Shown: positions 9,829 to 20,348 of the stretch, in pieces
Layout: every line of letters begins with the position of its first letter
Numbering within the stretch: the first letter of the stretch is position 1
Virus record (IMG/VR): IMGVR_UViG_3300046490_000065
Location: 30,629-94,628 of that record
Reading direction: 5' to 3' (one strand)
DNA length: 64,000 nucleotides
DNA from: a virus
Lineage: Duplodnaviria > Caudoviricetes
Translations under genes and position numbers: made by a program
Notes under the pieces: generated by a model
Told to the model about the DNA's origin: nothing
The model's input: only the letters and a program-made list of their open reading frames with translations
Database searches by the model: none

Positions 9829-10560
9829 ATGCCGACGAATCTATCCGCCATTGCGAAGAAGAAGGTGAGCCCGGAGGAAATCAAACTCCTCAGCGAACTC
9901 ACCAAACCAAACGCCAAGATCGAAGTCTCCGTCTCCGGCGAGATCACCGCCAAAGACTGGAAGGAAACCACAGGGGTAGTCTGCCGGGCGCTGGTCCGAG
10001 CGCAGATGCAGGGACAGAAACTCTTCCCAGTCCTGGGGCGCCTGCTCGTGATCGCCGAAGAGAACACGGCCATCTGGGAGGGACACGAGAGCTTCAAGAA
10101 GTTCCTGGTGGCCGAGATCGAGGATAAGTTCGGGATCTCCGTCTCATCAGCCTACGAGACCCTGAATGTGGCGAAGCGCCTGCCTCACCTCCAACTGGGG
10201 CAAGTGGAGTCCATCCCCCGCCGGAACATGCGGGTGTATCTCCAAGCCGTTCCAGTGGGCAGCGAAAAGAACAAAGAGAGCGTGGCGCTGATGGAGAAGG
10301 CCGCCGAGCTTCCGGAGAAGGAGTTCCGGGAGCACTGCGAGAACCTCAAGCTGATCGAGAAGGGTGAGACGGCCGGCGCTTTCCTACGTGTCCCCTGCAA
10401 CAAAACCCAACTGAAGCGGATGGAGAAGTTCTTCGAGAACCCCCAGTATCAGGCGTACTGTGGCACAACCAAACCCATCGTCATGCTCGAACGGGCCATC
10501 GAGGAAGCGGCTAGCGAATGGATCATCCAGGCGGCAGCGGCGGAAGTTGAGGCTGGATGA
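9829..10560 (+). CDS. Hypothetical protein, possibly DNA-binding
   Basis: AGGAG RBS; 243 aa with phage-typical codon use. Confidence 0.7.
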   Translation: MPTNLSAIAKKKVSPEEIKLLSELTKPNAKIEVSVSGEITAKDWKETTGVVCRALVRAQMQGQKLFPVLGRLLVIAEENTAIWEGHESFKKFLVAEIEDKFGISVSSAYETLNVAKRLPHLQLGQVESIPRRNMRVYLQAVPVGSEKNKESVALMEKAAELPEKEFREHCENLKLIEKGETAGAFLRVPCNKTQLKRMEKFFENPQYQAYCGTTKPIVMLERAIEEAASEWIIQAAAAEVEAG

Positions 10561-10561
10561 T

Positions 10562-10972
10562 ATGGGGATGCGGCTCAATGATCCCCGCTGGTTCCGCGAT
10601 CCGGCACAGATCGAGCGGAGAATCTGGATTACCGGAGCCACCGATTCGGATATCGAGAAGCGCAGGAACGATCTGGAGCTAGTCCAGTCACTCAGCGTGT
10701 TGTCCACGGAGAGTCTTTTGGAGTTGTGGGACGTCAAGGATACGGCCGCCCGCAGGTGGAAGGAGACGAGCTACTGGCGAATGCGATGCCCTGTATGCGG
10801 CGGGTGGGCCTACTATAACCGGTCTGCATGGGCGGGAGATGGGTACTTCAACGTTGTCCCGAAGTGCCGAGACTGCGGTTGGCCACAGGTCGATCAGATC
10901 ATGGGATCGAACATCATGGTCCCAAATCCCCGTAGTGGGTTTCGGCTGTGGAACAAAGGGGGTACGTTTTGA
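10562..10972 (+). CDS. Zinc-ribbon hypothetical protein
   Basis: CPVCG and CRDCG pairs. Confidence 0.55.
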   Translation: MGMRLNDPRWFRDPAQIERRIWITGATDSDIEKRRNDLELVQSLSVLSTESLLELWDVKDTAARRWKETSYWRMRCPVCGGWAYYNRSAWAGDGYFNVVPKCRDCGWPQVDQIMGSNIMVPNPRSGFRLWNKGGTF

Positions 10973-11460
10973 AACTCAGCATGGCAGAGCGCATAACGGG
11001 ACTTGAGATCCTGGAGATCCCCCGGATCGGCAAGAAGATCGGGACGGCCGTCACCTACGCTGCCTACGATGACGGGGTTGAGGTGATCCGCCGCACGGAG
11101 TCCGGACACTCCGCCACATTGTCGGCCGTGGTGGAGGTGCTCTACAAGAGGACCAGCCGTCGAGTGTTCGAGGAACAAAGTTTCTTGTGCTTCGTTTGCG
11201 GGCGGCTGCGCCCACTTCAAGCGGACCACATCCACCCACGGGCGCGTGGACGGTGTGACCAGCGATGGAACTTGCGTGGGGTATGTGCCGAAGACCATCA
11301 ACTCATAACAGACAACAAGCTGGTGGACCCGCAGCCTCATCCGAAGGTGCTGTCGGCCGTCCAGCGGCATGGGTGGACCTGGGAGCCGGATTCCAATGTT
11401 GTTGGCTGGCACCAACTGATCGAGAGTCCAACGTTGGACGCGGTGGAGGCAACGGCTTGA
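10948..11460 (+). CDS. HNH endonuclease
   Basis: CFVC...ADHIHPRARG...NLRGVCAEDH. Confidence 0.8.
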   Translation: MEQRGYVLKLSMAERITGLEILEIPRIGKKIGTAVTYAAYDDGVEVIRRTESGHSATLSAVVEVLYKRTSRRVFEEQSFLCFVCGRLRPLQADHIHPRARGRCDQRWNLRGVCAEDHQLITDNKLVDPQPHPKVLSAVQRHGWTWEPDSNVVGWHQLIESPTLDAVEATA

Positions 11461-12395
11461 AGCAGAACCAGACGGACCCCAAGTTACTCTGGAATGCATA
11501 CGTAGATCTCGGGAGCATACACCGAGCCGGGGATAAATTCGGCATCGGAGGGGAAACTGCACGAAGGGTACTCCATAGAGCCGGGTTTCACCTACATAAT
11601 ACACAGTGGTCTCAAGACGAGGACCGTATCCTTTCGGATTACTATGAAACCTGCACACCCGGAACATTCGACATAACCGAAATATCTATCAGGTTGGGGA
11701 GGTCGTATGCGGGGGTAGCTTGCAGGGTTGGCGAGATTGGCCTGAGAGTCCAAGGATACTACCCCACTCCACAGCAGAGGGAGAGAAGGTCCGCATCACA
11801 GAAAACTCGGCTTACAAAATTCCACCCAAACAAGGGAAGAAGGTTCGGCCCTATGGGGAAGGAGCATAAGGAAAAAATCTCTCGTGGGTGCATTCTTACA
11901 TTTTCGGAACAGCGGATCTCTGGCACTGGCCAATTCAGTAATGAATCCCGCGATAAGAAGTCTGTGTCTATGTCCAGACTCCAAACGGAGCGTATACTGC
12001 ATGGTAAGTACCAGGGAGGCAAGTACAGGAATGGCCCGCGAGGGGATCTCGGTGGCATGCGATTCAAGTCTTCTTGGGAGGCCAACTACGCGCGAGTATT
12101 GAACTGCCAAATTGCGCGTGGAGATCTGCTGTCTTGGGACTATGAACCGGACGCGTTTAAGGTTTTGGTCAACGGAAGGACTCTCCACTACATACCCGAC
12201 TTCAGGCTTACTGAACCCGGAACCGATCCTCCTAGATATGTTGAGGTAAAGGGGTGGATGGGGGAGAAGGCTAGATTAAAACTAGAGGCTATGAAAATTT
12301 GCCATCCTGAAGTTCCTCTCCACGTATTGATGGAGGGTGAGTACAGGGAGCTATCATGTGAATACTCCTCACTCATCCCTCAGTGGGAGGCCTAA
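11457..12395 (+). CDS. PD-(D/E)XK endonuclease with N-terminal DNA-binding repeats
   Basis: FKSSWEANYA...YEP...YIPDF...EVKG; TTG start after GGAGG. Confidence 0.7.
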   Translation: MKQNQTDPKLLWNAYVDLGSIHRAGDKFGIGGETARRVLHRAGFHLHNTQWSQDEDRILSDYYETCTPGTFDITEISIRLGRSYAGVACRVGEIGLRVQGYYPTPQQRERRSASQKTRLTKFHPNKGRRFGPMGKEHKEKISRGCILTFSEQRISGTGQFSNESRDKKSVSMSRLQTERILHGKYQGGKYRNGPRGDLGGMRFKSSWEANYARVLNCQIARGDLLSWDYEPDAFKVLVNGRTLHYIPDFRLTEPGTDPPRYVEVKGWMGEKARLKLEAMKICHPEVPLHVLMEGEYRELSCEYSSLIPQWEA

Positions 12396-12905
12396 TTGCC
12401 TGACGATCCAATTGTAATAGAATTCCGAGGGTACTGCTCAAAGAAGAACCGAAAGGCTCCTAACGCCAACGGCAAGGGTCTGCACATAGAGCCAAAGACC
12501 CGTGAGATGATTCAGCGTATGGAGCTTCAGGTGCCGGGGTGGGCACGGGACAAGATGCTGGTGAACCCGGAAGTGGAGTGGCACTTTACTTACACGAACG
12601 CCGGGGTGGATAAAGACGGGATCATCACCACCGTCCTGGATATCCTCCAGAAATACCGCGTGATTCAAAACGACAACATCAACAACTTCAACGGCAAGCA
12701 GACGATCTGGCCGGCTGTGCGAGCGGAGGATGACTCTGTGAAGATCATCCTTTTCCCCCGCGCCGAAGAGATCCGCTCCCCGCGCTACGTTCGTCCGCCG
12801 CGCCGCCGGTCACTGGCGCCGATCCCAATTATTCTGAATGACAAGACAACTCCGGATGAGGACGACCTTCCGGACCTCCTGGAGGGAGTGGAATGGGGCG
12901 ACTGA
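12396..12905 (+). CDS. rusA: RusA-like Holliday junction resolvase
   Basis: SKKNR...DKDGIITTVLDILQ...IQND pattern. Confidence 0.65.
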   Translation: MPDDPIVIEFRGYCSKKNRKAPNANGKGLHIEPKTREMIQRMELQVPGWARDKMLVNPEVEWHFTYTNAGVDKDGIITTVLDILQKYRVIQNDNINNFNGKQTIWPAVRAEDDSVKIILFPRAEEIRSPRYVRPPRRRSLAPIPIILNDKTTPDEDDLPDLLEGVEWGD

Positions 12906-13243
12906 GAGATCGAGTACGCGCACGGCTGGACGGTTTGGCCGAGCGTCAGGCCCAACGGGATGCGGCGCGGGCGTGGGTAAACCGGAAGGCTCGTGTGCTT
13001 ACCGCCAAGTACGATGGGTTGCTGACGGAACTGGACGCGACGAGGGCCGTCCTGGAGGCTCTCGACACCACCTGGGTAGAAGAGAAGGTCTATGGAATGA
13101 CACTAATTGCTACCGACACCGGGTTGCTGTTGGCGTACTCCCCCGGCGGGGTGTTGGACCGTCCGACCAGCCGACTACTCCACCCTCACCACTTCCAGGA
13201 GTCTCTGTTTACTCATCTGCCGGATTTGCCTGGAAGGATATAG
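12893..13243 (+). CDS. Hypothetical protein
   Basis: Last ORF of the rightward block; GGAG upstream. Confidence 0.5.
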   Translation: MGRLRDRVRARLDGLAERQAQRDAARAWVNRKARVLTAKYDGLLTELDATRAVLEALDTTWVEEKVYGMTLIATDTGLLLAYSPGGVLDRPTSRLLHPHHFQESLFTHLPDLPGRI

Positions 13244-15146
13244 GCTCACCGTACGGCTTTCCCAGCGTATTCCCCGGCTGGATCGTAACCGTCTTGTACC
13301 CTTTGGCCTGACACTGCCGGATCACGTCAAGCACCTGTGTCTCAAGATCCCCCTGCCCACCGATCTTCTTCGTCCACTTTAGGCCGACACCTGGAACTTC
13401 CACGAACAGAGACTTCGGAATCCCTTTGGCCGTTAGGCCCTTGACGATGCCTTCGCTGATCTCTGTTGGCGGTGGAACCGGCGGCTGGCCCGGTTTGGCC
13501 TTGGGCGCGGGAGCGGCCGGCTTCGCAGTCTTCTTCGGCGGCACAGCGGACTTCTTCTTGACAGTAGTCCCCGTAGGTTTGGCTGGTGGTTCGGGAATAG
13601 GTTTTACCGGCTCGGCGGCAGCGGCCGGCGGAGCAGACGGCGGATCCGGTGGCGGAGCGGGGGACGTAGGCGCAGGTTCACTTGGCGCGGCGGCGGCCGG
13701 CGGCTTAACCTCCGGCGGTCCAACATTGGACGGCGGCGGAGGTCCCGGTGGTTGGGCGGCCGGAGTGGCTGGTGCTGCCGATTTTCCTTTGACCAGTTCT
13801 TCGAATGGGGCCAAGTACTCCTGCATCTTCCGGAACTCGTCCATCACTGCGGCCTTCTTCTCCGGGGCCAACTCGTTGACGTTTACCCCGTCGAGCTTCC
13901 TTAGGAAACCATCCTGCATCTTGCTGATGAAGTTCTGGACTACCTCAGGCGGTTGTTGCTTGGCTAGTTCGAGTTGTTTCTCAATTGGAATATCCGGCTG
14001 TCCACTTAGGCCGGAAGGGTCCGGCGGCCCAGGTAGCTGCAATGGCTTCTTGGCGCGGAACCCCTCTACGATCTTTTCCGTCCCTTTGGTGTCGGGATGG
14101 GCCTGTTGTAACCGCTTGATCTCCGCTTCTGCCGCGCTTCGAGACTTGGCGGATATCCCTTTCTCATTCAACTGATCCTGTAGTTCTCCTATCCTTCGCT
14201 CGATCGCTGCTGGAGTCTTAGGTTCCGCCGCAAGTGGGGGTGGTGATGGCTTGCCGGACTTGCTCCTGGCATCCACCGCCTTCTCCGCATGTGAGGCGTT
14301 CGTACGCTCAGTTACCGGGAACTCTTTCCCTCCAACCTTGACGGACTCCTCTCCCCTTGTGAAGGTCTCTCCTTTGCCCATCTCGCCTTGCTTTAACTTC
14401 AACAGGCGCTCCCGAAGGATTGGTTCGATCTGCGCCTTGATCTTCGCCCGGTTGTAAGCCTTAGCGCCAACGATCAGACCTGCCAAGTCGCCAGCCACCT
14501 GAGCGTATTCCTCTGGCAATCCCATCCCCTTCAGGCTGTCGGTTACTACCGACTGGGACACTGAGGCGGTAGTGGCCACCTTAGCGAAGGTCAGGGGGTT
14601 CGTGGCGGCGGCTCCCATCATGATCGGAGTGGCCGCATCCATAGTGCCCTCTACGATCTTATGCGCGGCCCTAAATTTCTCCTTTGTGGTGTCGGAGGTC
14701 ATACCCTCGATACCTTGGGCCAATTGCCCCACTCCGTGAGTCGTTTTATCCAGAATCGACTGTGGGATATCGGCTGGGTGCTCACGCGCGTATTGGCTTG
14801 GCTGCTGGAAACTCATCTCCCACGGCAGCGCTGGCTTCCGTGGCTCCGGAGGTCCCGGCAAGGCCCCCAATTTTCCCATCCCAGGTACGGGTGGCTCCGC
14901 AGGTTTGGACGTGGATTTAGGCGGTCCAACGTTGGACGGAGGAGGCGTCGATGGAGGCGACGGTGGCTGGCCCGGCTTCACGCCGAACTTAGATCGTGCC
15001 GTCGCTAGGACTTTTTTCTGTACCTCTGGAGGAGCGTTCTTGAAATTCGAGTTCACGGAAGCCAGCGAGGAGACCTGCTCTTTTTCTGGCTTGTCCCAAA
15101 ACCCCGTCTGCGATACGATCTCTTGAGCGCTCTGTGTCTGTGGCAT
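13209..15146 (-). CDS. Pro-rich putative ejection/internal virion protein
   Basis: Follows the other ejection-type genes; N-terminal helical motif resembles that of 15150-18545. Confidence 0.6.
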   Translation of the reverse strand: MPQTQSAQEIVSQTGFWDKPEKEQVSSLASVNSNFKNAPPEVQKKVLATARSKFGVKPGQPPSPPSTPPPSNVGPPKSTSKPAEPPVPGMGKLGALPGPPEPRKPALPWEMSFQQPSQYAREHPADIPQSILDKTTHGVGQLAQGIEGMTSDTTKEKFRAAHKIVEGTMDAATPIMMGAAATNPLTFAKVATTASVSQSVVTDSLKGMGLPEEYAQVAGDLAGLIVGAKAYNRAKIKAQIEPILRERLLKLKQGEMGKGETFTRGEESVKVGGKEFPVTERTNASHAEKAVDARSKSGKPSPPPLAAEPKTPAAIERRIGELQDQLNEKGISAKSRSAAEAEIKRLQQAHPDTKGTEKIVEGFRAKKPLQLPGPPDPSGLSGQPDIPIEKQLELAKQQPPEVVQNFISKMQDGFLRKLDGVNVNELAPEKKAAVMDEFRKMQEYLAPFEELVKGKSAAPATPAAQPPGPPPPSNVGPPEVKPPAAAAPSEPAPTSPAPPPDPPSAPPAAAAEPVKPIPEPPAKPTGTTVKKKSAVPPKKTAKPAAPAPKAKPGQPPVPPPTEISEGIVKGLTAKGIPKSLFVEVPGVGLKWTKKIGGQGDLETQVLDVIRQCQAKGYKTVTIQPGNTLGKPYGEPISFQANPADE

Positions 15147-15149
15147 CGG

Positions 15150-18100
15150 CTATTGTCCTGGTGGCGGCGAAGGAGGGGGAGATTGAAGGATCTCCAATAA
15201 GGCCGCTGCGAACTTCTTCTTCTGCGCGGCGTCCATCCTACCCATTGCGTTTTGTACCTGCTGTGGGTTGTTCTCGATTCGGTCTTTCAAGATTGGCCAT
15301 AACCGGCCCTTCTCATCCGCATTGCCCACATTGTAAACCTTAATGGCGTCCGCGATCTGCATCCTCTTGAACGTGCGGTCCAGCGGAAGCCCCACGGCCC
15401 TGTTAGCCGAGTACACCAGATCATCTTCGGTGAGAGTTCCGTCGTTGATCCCTTGCTGCGCAACCTGCTGCCATTTTCCACCTGCCCGCATCTGCCGCTC
15501 AAGCTCACGGCGGGCCACCTGCTTCTCCCGCTGCGCTATCGTGCTGGACGCCTGCGGCAACCGCTTTCCCTGGAGTTCCGTAGCTAGTCTTTCGGCAGAA
15601 GTTTTCTTCAGGTCGGCCGGAGCCGGGACCAACCCGATCATCGTCCCGGCGATCTCAGCCTGTGGCATCCCTTCGTGGACCATCTTTGCAATGTTTCGTG
15701 CGGAGAACGGGGCCATATCCTTCGCAATAAACTTAGTGTATTCGTAGGCCCTCTTCAGGAACGGATCATCCGGGCTGGCGATCTCGGTATTGTAGTAGTC
15801 ACGGTTGTTCAACAGATCGGCCGTCAAGGCCAAACCTGGGTGGATCTTACCTGACACAATACTGGCGAGTTTACCACCACCTAGTCCTTCGGACATGTCT
15901 TGCACGCCCTGGGCAACATGCCACACGTCCTTCATGTACGACGGGATCGAGATACGCTCGTCTCGGCCGAACTCGTCCTTGCGACCCACACTGGGGAAGT
16001 AGTAGTCCTGCAATGTCTTCGGGCGAGTACCGTTGTACAGGTAGTGAATCACTCCCCCCATCAACCCGGCGACCACCGGCATGGCAATGGAGTAGGACAT
16101 CCGGTGGGTGAACTCCTTATGTTTTCCGGTTCCGAAGTCCTTTAGGTATTTCCCGGTGTCTACCATCCCTCCGCCGATTTCTCGGAGTGTCCCCAGGTTC
16201 CACCCGACGCTTCGGAAACTGGCCATAGCCAAGTCCTTCACCGCCTTGTCCCAGAATAGGTTATCGTACACCATCATGCCGAATCGGTTGTCTATCGAGT
16301 CCCATGCTTTCTGGTACGCCCCCCGAGCTTGGTCCGAGGTGAACCCTTCTGGGAGCTTGCTCAACTCAAACTTAGCCAAGTCAGCGAAGACCCCCATTTT
16401 TTGAAGCGGGACAAAATGCCCCATGAGGAGTGAGGATACTTTCTCCGTTACCGCCAAGGGGACCTTATACGCCAGCGACCAGTAATTCTCGTGGGTCCTG
16501 AAAACCTCATTGACCTTATCGGCCATGTGGGTTCGGTAAATTGGATCCAGGCTCATCCGGCCGCCGGCCTGTTCCATCATGGAAACCAGTTGGGCGGTCT
16601 CTGGGTTCTTGCTGGATCCTGGATTCCGCCACTCCCGACGCATGTCCATGCCAAGTTTGGTGGTTTCCAGGAGAGCGAGTGGGGCACCCACCGTTCCCTT
16701 CGCAATGTTCTTGGCGCCCTGGAACGGCTTCCCGTCCGCGATCTGCTCGAACCCCAAGGCAACTTTCGACATCACCGAGTTGACGGCCGTGAACCCCAAG
16801 TGATACCCTGACCACCCAAGCTGCGCTTGGTTTAGGACATTATTGAAGGTCATCATCCCTCGATACCCGGCGTACTTCCGGAGACCTGGGGATAGGTAAT
16901 TGTTCAGCACTCGGGCCGCGCCTTCTGGAGCCCAGTATTTACCGACGATCTTTTTGGAACCGTCCGGTTCACGGGCGCTCTTGGCGAATGCGTCGTCCTT
17001 GATCTCCACCCACCCGGCCGGTCCCTTCTTCCCGTAGGGGACAACCTCCCCAAGGCCGGCGGTCCCCATCTCCTTGATGATCTTCTGTGCGGAGGTGAAC
17101 CGCTTCATCTCCCGCCACTTCAGCATGTACAGTGCTACTGGGTCCGTGGTCACCAGTTTCAGTCCGGTGGGGATGCGTTCTCCATGGTCGTCAATCAGGA
17201 GTTTGCCGTCCTCACCGTGTTTCCAAAGGGCGTCCTCGATTGTGGGGTGCGTGCGCTGGTGGAGGAATGTCGCTGGTCCTCCAAGAGGTTTCTTCCCAGC
17301 GTAGTACCCCTGCGTTACTTCGGCCCCCTTCTTGGGGTCCGTGAATATATGGGGCCAGTAATTCTCGTAGTACGCCTTGAGCGCTTCATCGGGGCCATTA
17401 AGGGCGTCCACCACCGTTTTAAGAGCAGTTGGCTTCATCTCCCCGGTCTTGGGATCGCGTACGCTGGCTTCGTCAATTAGTTCTTTCCGCACACCATTGT
17501 GGATCTCCCGCATCGTATCCACAAACCCCTGCACTTTTGCGTCGGGGTTTTTCTTCCCCGTCTCGTCCAGGTGGATAATCTCTAACCGCTGGTCATCCGA
17601 CATCTTACTGAACGCCTTGGTGGCATTCTGTAATGCATAGTCTGCAATGTCGGCTTGACGGTAGATATCGGTTACATTTGCCCGTACGATCCGGGCCATC
17701 TTCGCGGCCTCTGGGCCACGGTTCTGCGGGGCCACGGACTTCCGGATGATGTCACGAGCGGCGGATACGGACTCCACCCCTCCCTCCATGATCGTTCTGG
17801 CCTTCTCTGGGGTTAGCGAGCCACGATGTTTCCCCTCACCTCCGATGGCTCCGAATCCTCCTCCCATGATTGCGGAAGCCGTTGCTTCCTTGACGTCACC
17901 TCCGCTGAAAGCAAGAGATGTGGCGCCGGCCGCCGCCGCCGATCCCGCTGCCCGCTTTGCCCGCGATGGCAGCTTGGCCGCCTGACCCATAGCTCCGAAG
18001 GTTATTACATCCTTGGCCCCAGACTTCAGCCGCCCCTCGATGCTTTGGTCTTCACTGGTTAGTGCTCCGATGGCACCGGCCGCCAGGGGAGCATACTTTC

Positions 18101-18545
18101 CAGCCAGTTCCGCCGGGGCGTATTTGGCGATCGCCGCCGGGGCCGAGCCAATGCCCTGGATGACTTTATTGAGGACTCCAGACCGGCCACGCGTTTCTTC
18201 CTCTGATGGCTGGAGGTCTTTTCCGAGCTTCTCGAAACGCTCCTGTATCCCGGTGGCGTGAACCGTACCGGCGGCTTTACTGATCCCACGCTCTAGATCA
18301 GCTACGCCCGACCTGAAACCGATGGACAGGTCTTTTCCGACGCCTTCGATCAATCCCTCTTTTGGAGGAGGGGATGGAGGAGGAGCCGACTTGCCGTATT
18401 TCTTAGCGGCATTTTCAAGGATTCTTCGCCGCCGCTCCGGCTCCATCTTGGAGAATTCTGGGGTTCGGCTGGAGAGTTCCTTCTCTCTCTCCTCCACCGG
18501 CTTGGCATGCCAGCCTGGATCGTATAGGTAGTCCGTTGGAAACAA
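15150..18545 (-). CDS. Large ejection (DNA-transfer) protein
   Basis: 1131 aa, helical, Gly/Ala hydrophobic segments, podoviral position. Confidence 0.7.
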   Translation of the reverse strand: MFPTDYLYDPGWHAKPVEEREKELSSRTPEFSKMEPERRRRILENAAKKYGKSAPPPSPPPKEGLIEGVGKDLSIGFRSGVADLERGISKAAGTVHATGIQERFEKLGKDLQPSEEETRGRSGVLNKVIQGIGSAPAAIAKYAPAELAGKYAPLAAGAIGALTSEDQSIEGRLKSGAKDVITFGAMGQAAKLPSRAKRAAGSAAAAGATSLAFSGGDVKEATASAIMGGGFGAIGGEGKHRGSLTPEKARTIMEGGVESVSAARDIIRKSVAPQNRGPEAAKMARIVRANVTDIYRQADIADYALQNATKAFSKMSDDQRLEIIHLDETGKKNPDAKVQGFVDTMREIHNGVRKELIDEASVRDPKTGEMKPTALKTVVDALNGPDEALKAYYENYWPHIFTDPKKGAEVTQGYYAGKKPLGGPATFLHQRTHPTIEDALWKHGEDGKLLIDDHGERIPTGLKLVTTDPVALYMLKWREMKRFTSAQKIIKEMGTAGLGEVVPYGKKGPAGWVEIKDDAFAKSAREPDGSKKIVGKYWAPEGAARVLNNYLSPGLRKYAGYRGMMTFNNVLNQAQLGWSGYHLGFTAVNSVMSKVALGFEQIADGKPFQGAKNIAKGTVGAPLALLETTKLGMDMRREWRNPGSSKNPETAQLVSMMEQAGGRMSLDPIYRTHMADKVNEVFRTHENYWSLAYKVPLAVTEKVSSLLMGHFVPLQKMGVFADLAKFELSKLPEGFTSDQARGAYQKAWDSIDNRFGMMVYDNLFWDKAVKDLAMASFRSVGWNLGTLREIGGGMVDTGKYLKDFGTGKHKEFTHRMSYSIAMPVVAGLMGGVIHYLYNGTRPKTLQDYYFPSVGRKDEFGRDERISIPSYMKDVWHVAQGVQDMSEGLGGGKLASIVSGKIHPGLALTADLLNNRDYYNTEIASPDDPFLKRAYEYTKFIAKDMAPFSARNIAKMVHEGMPQAEIAGTMIGLVPAPADLKKTSAERLATELQGKRLPQASSTIAQREKQVARRELERQMRAGGKWQQVAQQGINDGTLTEDDLVYSANRAVGLPLDRTFKRMQIADAIKVYNVGNADEKGRLWPILKDRIENNPQQVQNAMGRMDAAQKKKFAAALLEILQSPPPSPPPGQ

Positions 18546-18554
18546 GCTGCCCCC

Positions 18555-20348
18555 TTATCGATCAAACTCATCTAGAGTTGGAGCGGCCCCACCCTGTCCA
18601 GATCCGCCAAACATCTCGTTAACCAGTGCATCGTGTTGCTGCTGGATGTGATCCACTTGCGCGGACCCTTTGGCATCCTTATGCTCCGTCTTGGCCTGAC
18701 CGGTGGCTTCCTGAAGGATCTTCATGGCATCGGCCTTCCCTTTGAACGTTTCCGCCTTCGCCATCTTGTCGAGTTCGGACTTGATGTCGGGGAGATACTG
18801 GCTGACGGCTTTGTCCTTACCGTAGTATTTCTGGATATTCCCCCAGTAGTATGCGGCTAGTTCCTGACCGGACAGTTCTTCACCTTTGGAGTTCTTCGGG
18901 ACAGTGGTCTGTTCCATGACCTTGTTCAACCCTTCGAGAGCCGCGATCTTCCGCTTCGCAATCGCCACCTGCGGGTGGGCATCTGCGTTGAACTCGGCCA
19001 CCGGACGCTGCGGGTTGTTGGTCTCCCCGATGACGTGGAACTTCGATGGTTCATCCTCACTCTGTTGAACCCGATACCACTTACCCGCTGCGGTTCCAGG
19101 AATCCGTTTCGGGTCTCCCTTGACCACTTGTGCCGTTGTAAATCGCTCAGCCTTCGGCTCTGCCGTGCTGGCCAGCCGAACGTCCTTGGCGGAAATCTCC
19201 CGCCCGGATACGTCGTACCAACCAGACTTACCGTTTGGGGTGTTTACGAGTTGCCCAACAGACCTAACCTGCTTACCGTCAGGTCCGGTGTATTCCACAG
19301 CCTGCGGCTTATTTGCCCACCCGGCGGTCTGGATCAAACCCCATTCCGTTGGGTTGAATACGTTGCCTTGCGGCGGGGCAGGAGGCCCCTGTTGCGGAGC
19401 GGCGCCGGCCGCCGAGGTTGGAGGCTGAGAGGGTGTTCCACCCATACCTTTCACGTTGGCAGGCGTATTCGGATCTACCCCAGAGTTCTGAGGGCCTCCA
19501 GCCGGAGGTTGGTGCATCTTCGCCCACTCCCGCCTATTGTACTCGTCCGTTCCATACTTTGGCGCTGGCTGGTATTGCCCGGCCAAGTCGTTTCTGGCCT
19601 GTGCCCCCACTTGGGGAGCGTGCCGATCCAGAGCTTGCAGGTGAGGCATGATGGCCTTCATGGCATCTTCCTGCGTTGCATTCGGCCCAAGGTCTTTCAA
19701 CTTGCGGGCGATGTCCTGCTGGTTCTGCGCGACAATCCCCTGGACGCTAAACTGCGGCTTAGGCATCCCCTTCTCGTCGAAGATGGCGGAGTGGAGTTCT
19801 GTCATGGCCCCGCCAACATCAGGTGCCCCCTTTGGCGTCTTCCCGCCAGTCATCCCTTGGAAGACATCACGAGCCATATTCGTGATGTGCTCCTTCATCC
19901 CCCCGCCGCCGCCCCCAGATGCCGTACCCATACCGGTTGGCTTTCCACCCTTGCTGGGATACTCGTCCGAGTTTTTCTTCCCTTTCCCGCCTCCCTTGCC
20001 CGCCGCTTCCACCCCATAACCGCCCATGACTTGGCTGAACTTGCTGAGGGCTAATTGCTTCGCCTCGTCCGTCAAGTTCGGGTTCTGGTAGATCTGTGAC
20101 ACGTATCCCTGGAACGTCTGGAACTTCTGGATCTTCTCGTTCTCTTTTTGCTCGAACGCCTTGACCCTTCCCTGCGCGGCCCCGGAGATGAACTTCGTGG
20201 CGAGGTACCCAAGGGAAGTCCCCTTCGACGCCATCACAGGCGGACCCGCCTGCGCCATCTGCTGTGCCTGCTGTGTGGGTTGTAGGAATCCAGAAAACGG
20301 TCCCTCCAGAGAGGCTGGATCTACCGGCTTGAACACCGAGTCTGCCAT
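18555..20348 (-). CDS. Putative ejection protein
   Basis: Gln/Gly-rich, podoviral ejection-gene position. Confidence 0.6.
   Translation of the reverse strand: MADSVFKPVDPASLEGPFSGFLQPTQQAQQMAQAGPPVMASKGTSLGYLATKFISGAAQGRVKAFEQKENEKIQKFQTFQGYVSQIYQNPNLTDEAKQLALSKFSQVMGGYGVEAAGKGGGKGKKNSDEYPSKGGKPTGMGTASGGGGGGMKEHITNMARDVFQGMTGGKTPKGAPDVGGAMTELHSAIFDEKGMPKPQFSVQGIVAQNQQDIARKLKDLGPNATQEDAMKAIMPHLQALDRHAPQVGAQARNDLAGQYQPAPKYGTDEYNRREWAKMHQPPAGGPQNSGVDPNTPANVKGMGGTPSQPPTSAAGAAPQQGPPAPPQGNVFNPTEWGLIQTAGWANKPQAVEYTGPDGKQVRSVGQLVNTPNGKSGWYDVSGREISAKDVRLASTAEPKAERFTTAQVVKGDPKRIPGTAAGKWYRVQQSEDEPSKFHVIGETNNPQRPVAEFNADAHPQVAIAKRKIAALEGLNKVMEQTTVPKNSKGEELSGQELAAYYWGNIQKYYGKDKAVSQYLPDIKSELDKMAKAETFKGKADAMKILQEATGQAKTEHKDAKGSAQVDHIQQQHDALVNEMFGGSGQGGAAPTLDEFDR

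Noticed and set aside
18570-18583. PTLD peptide at the end of 18555-20348 as another motif copy
   Set aside because: The DNA is CCAACTCTAGAT, not the palindrome; this shows the peptide alone does not force the motif
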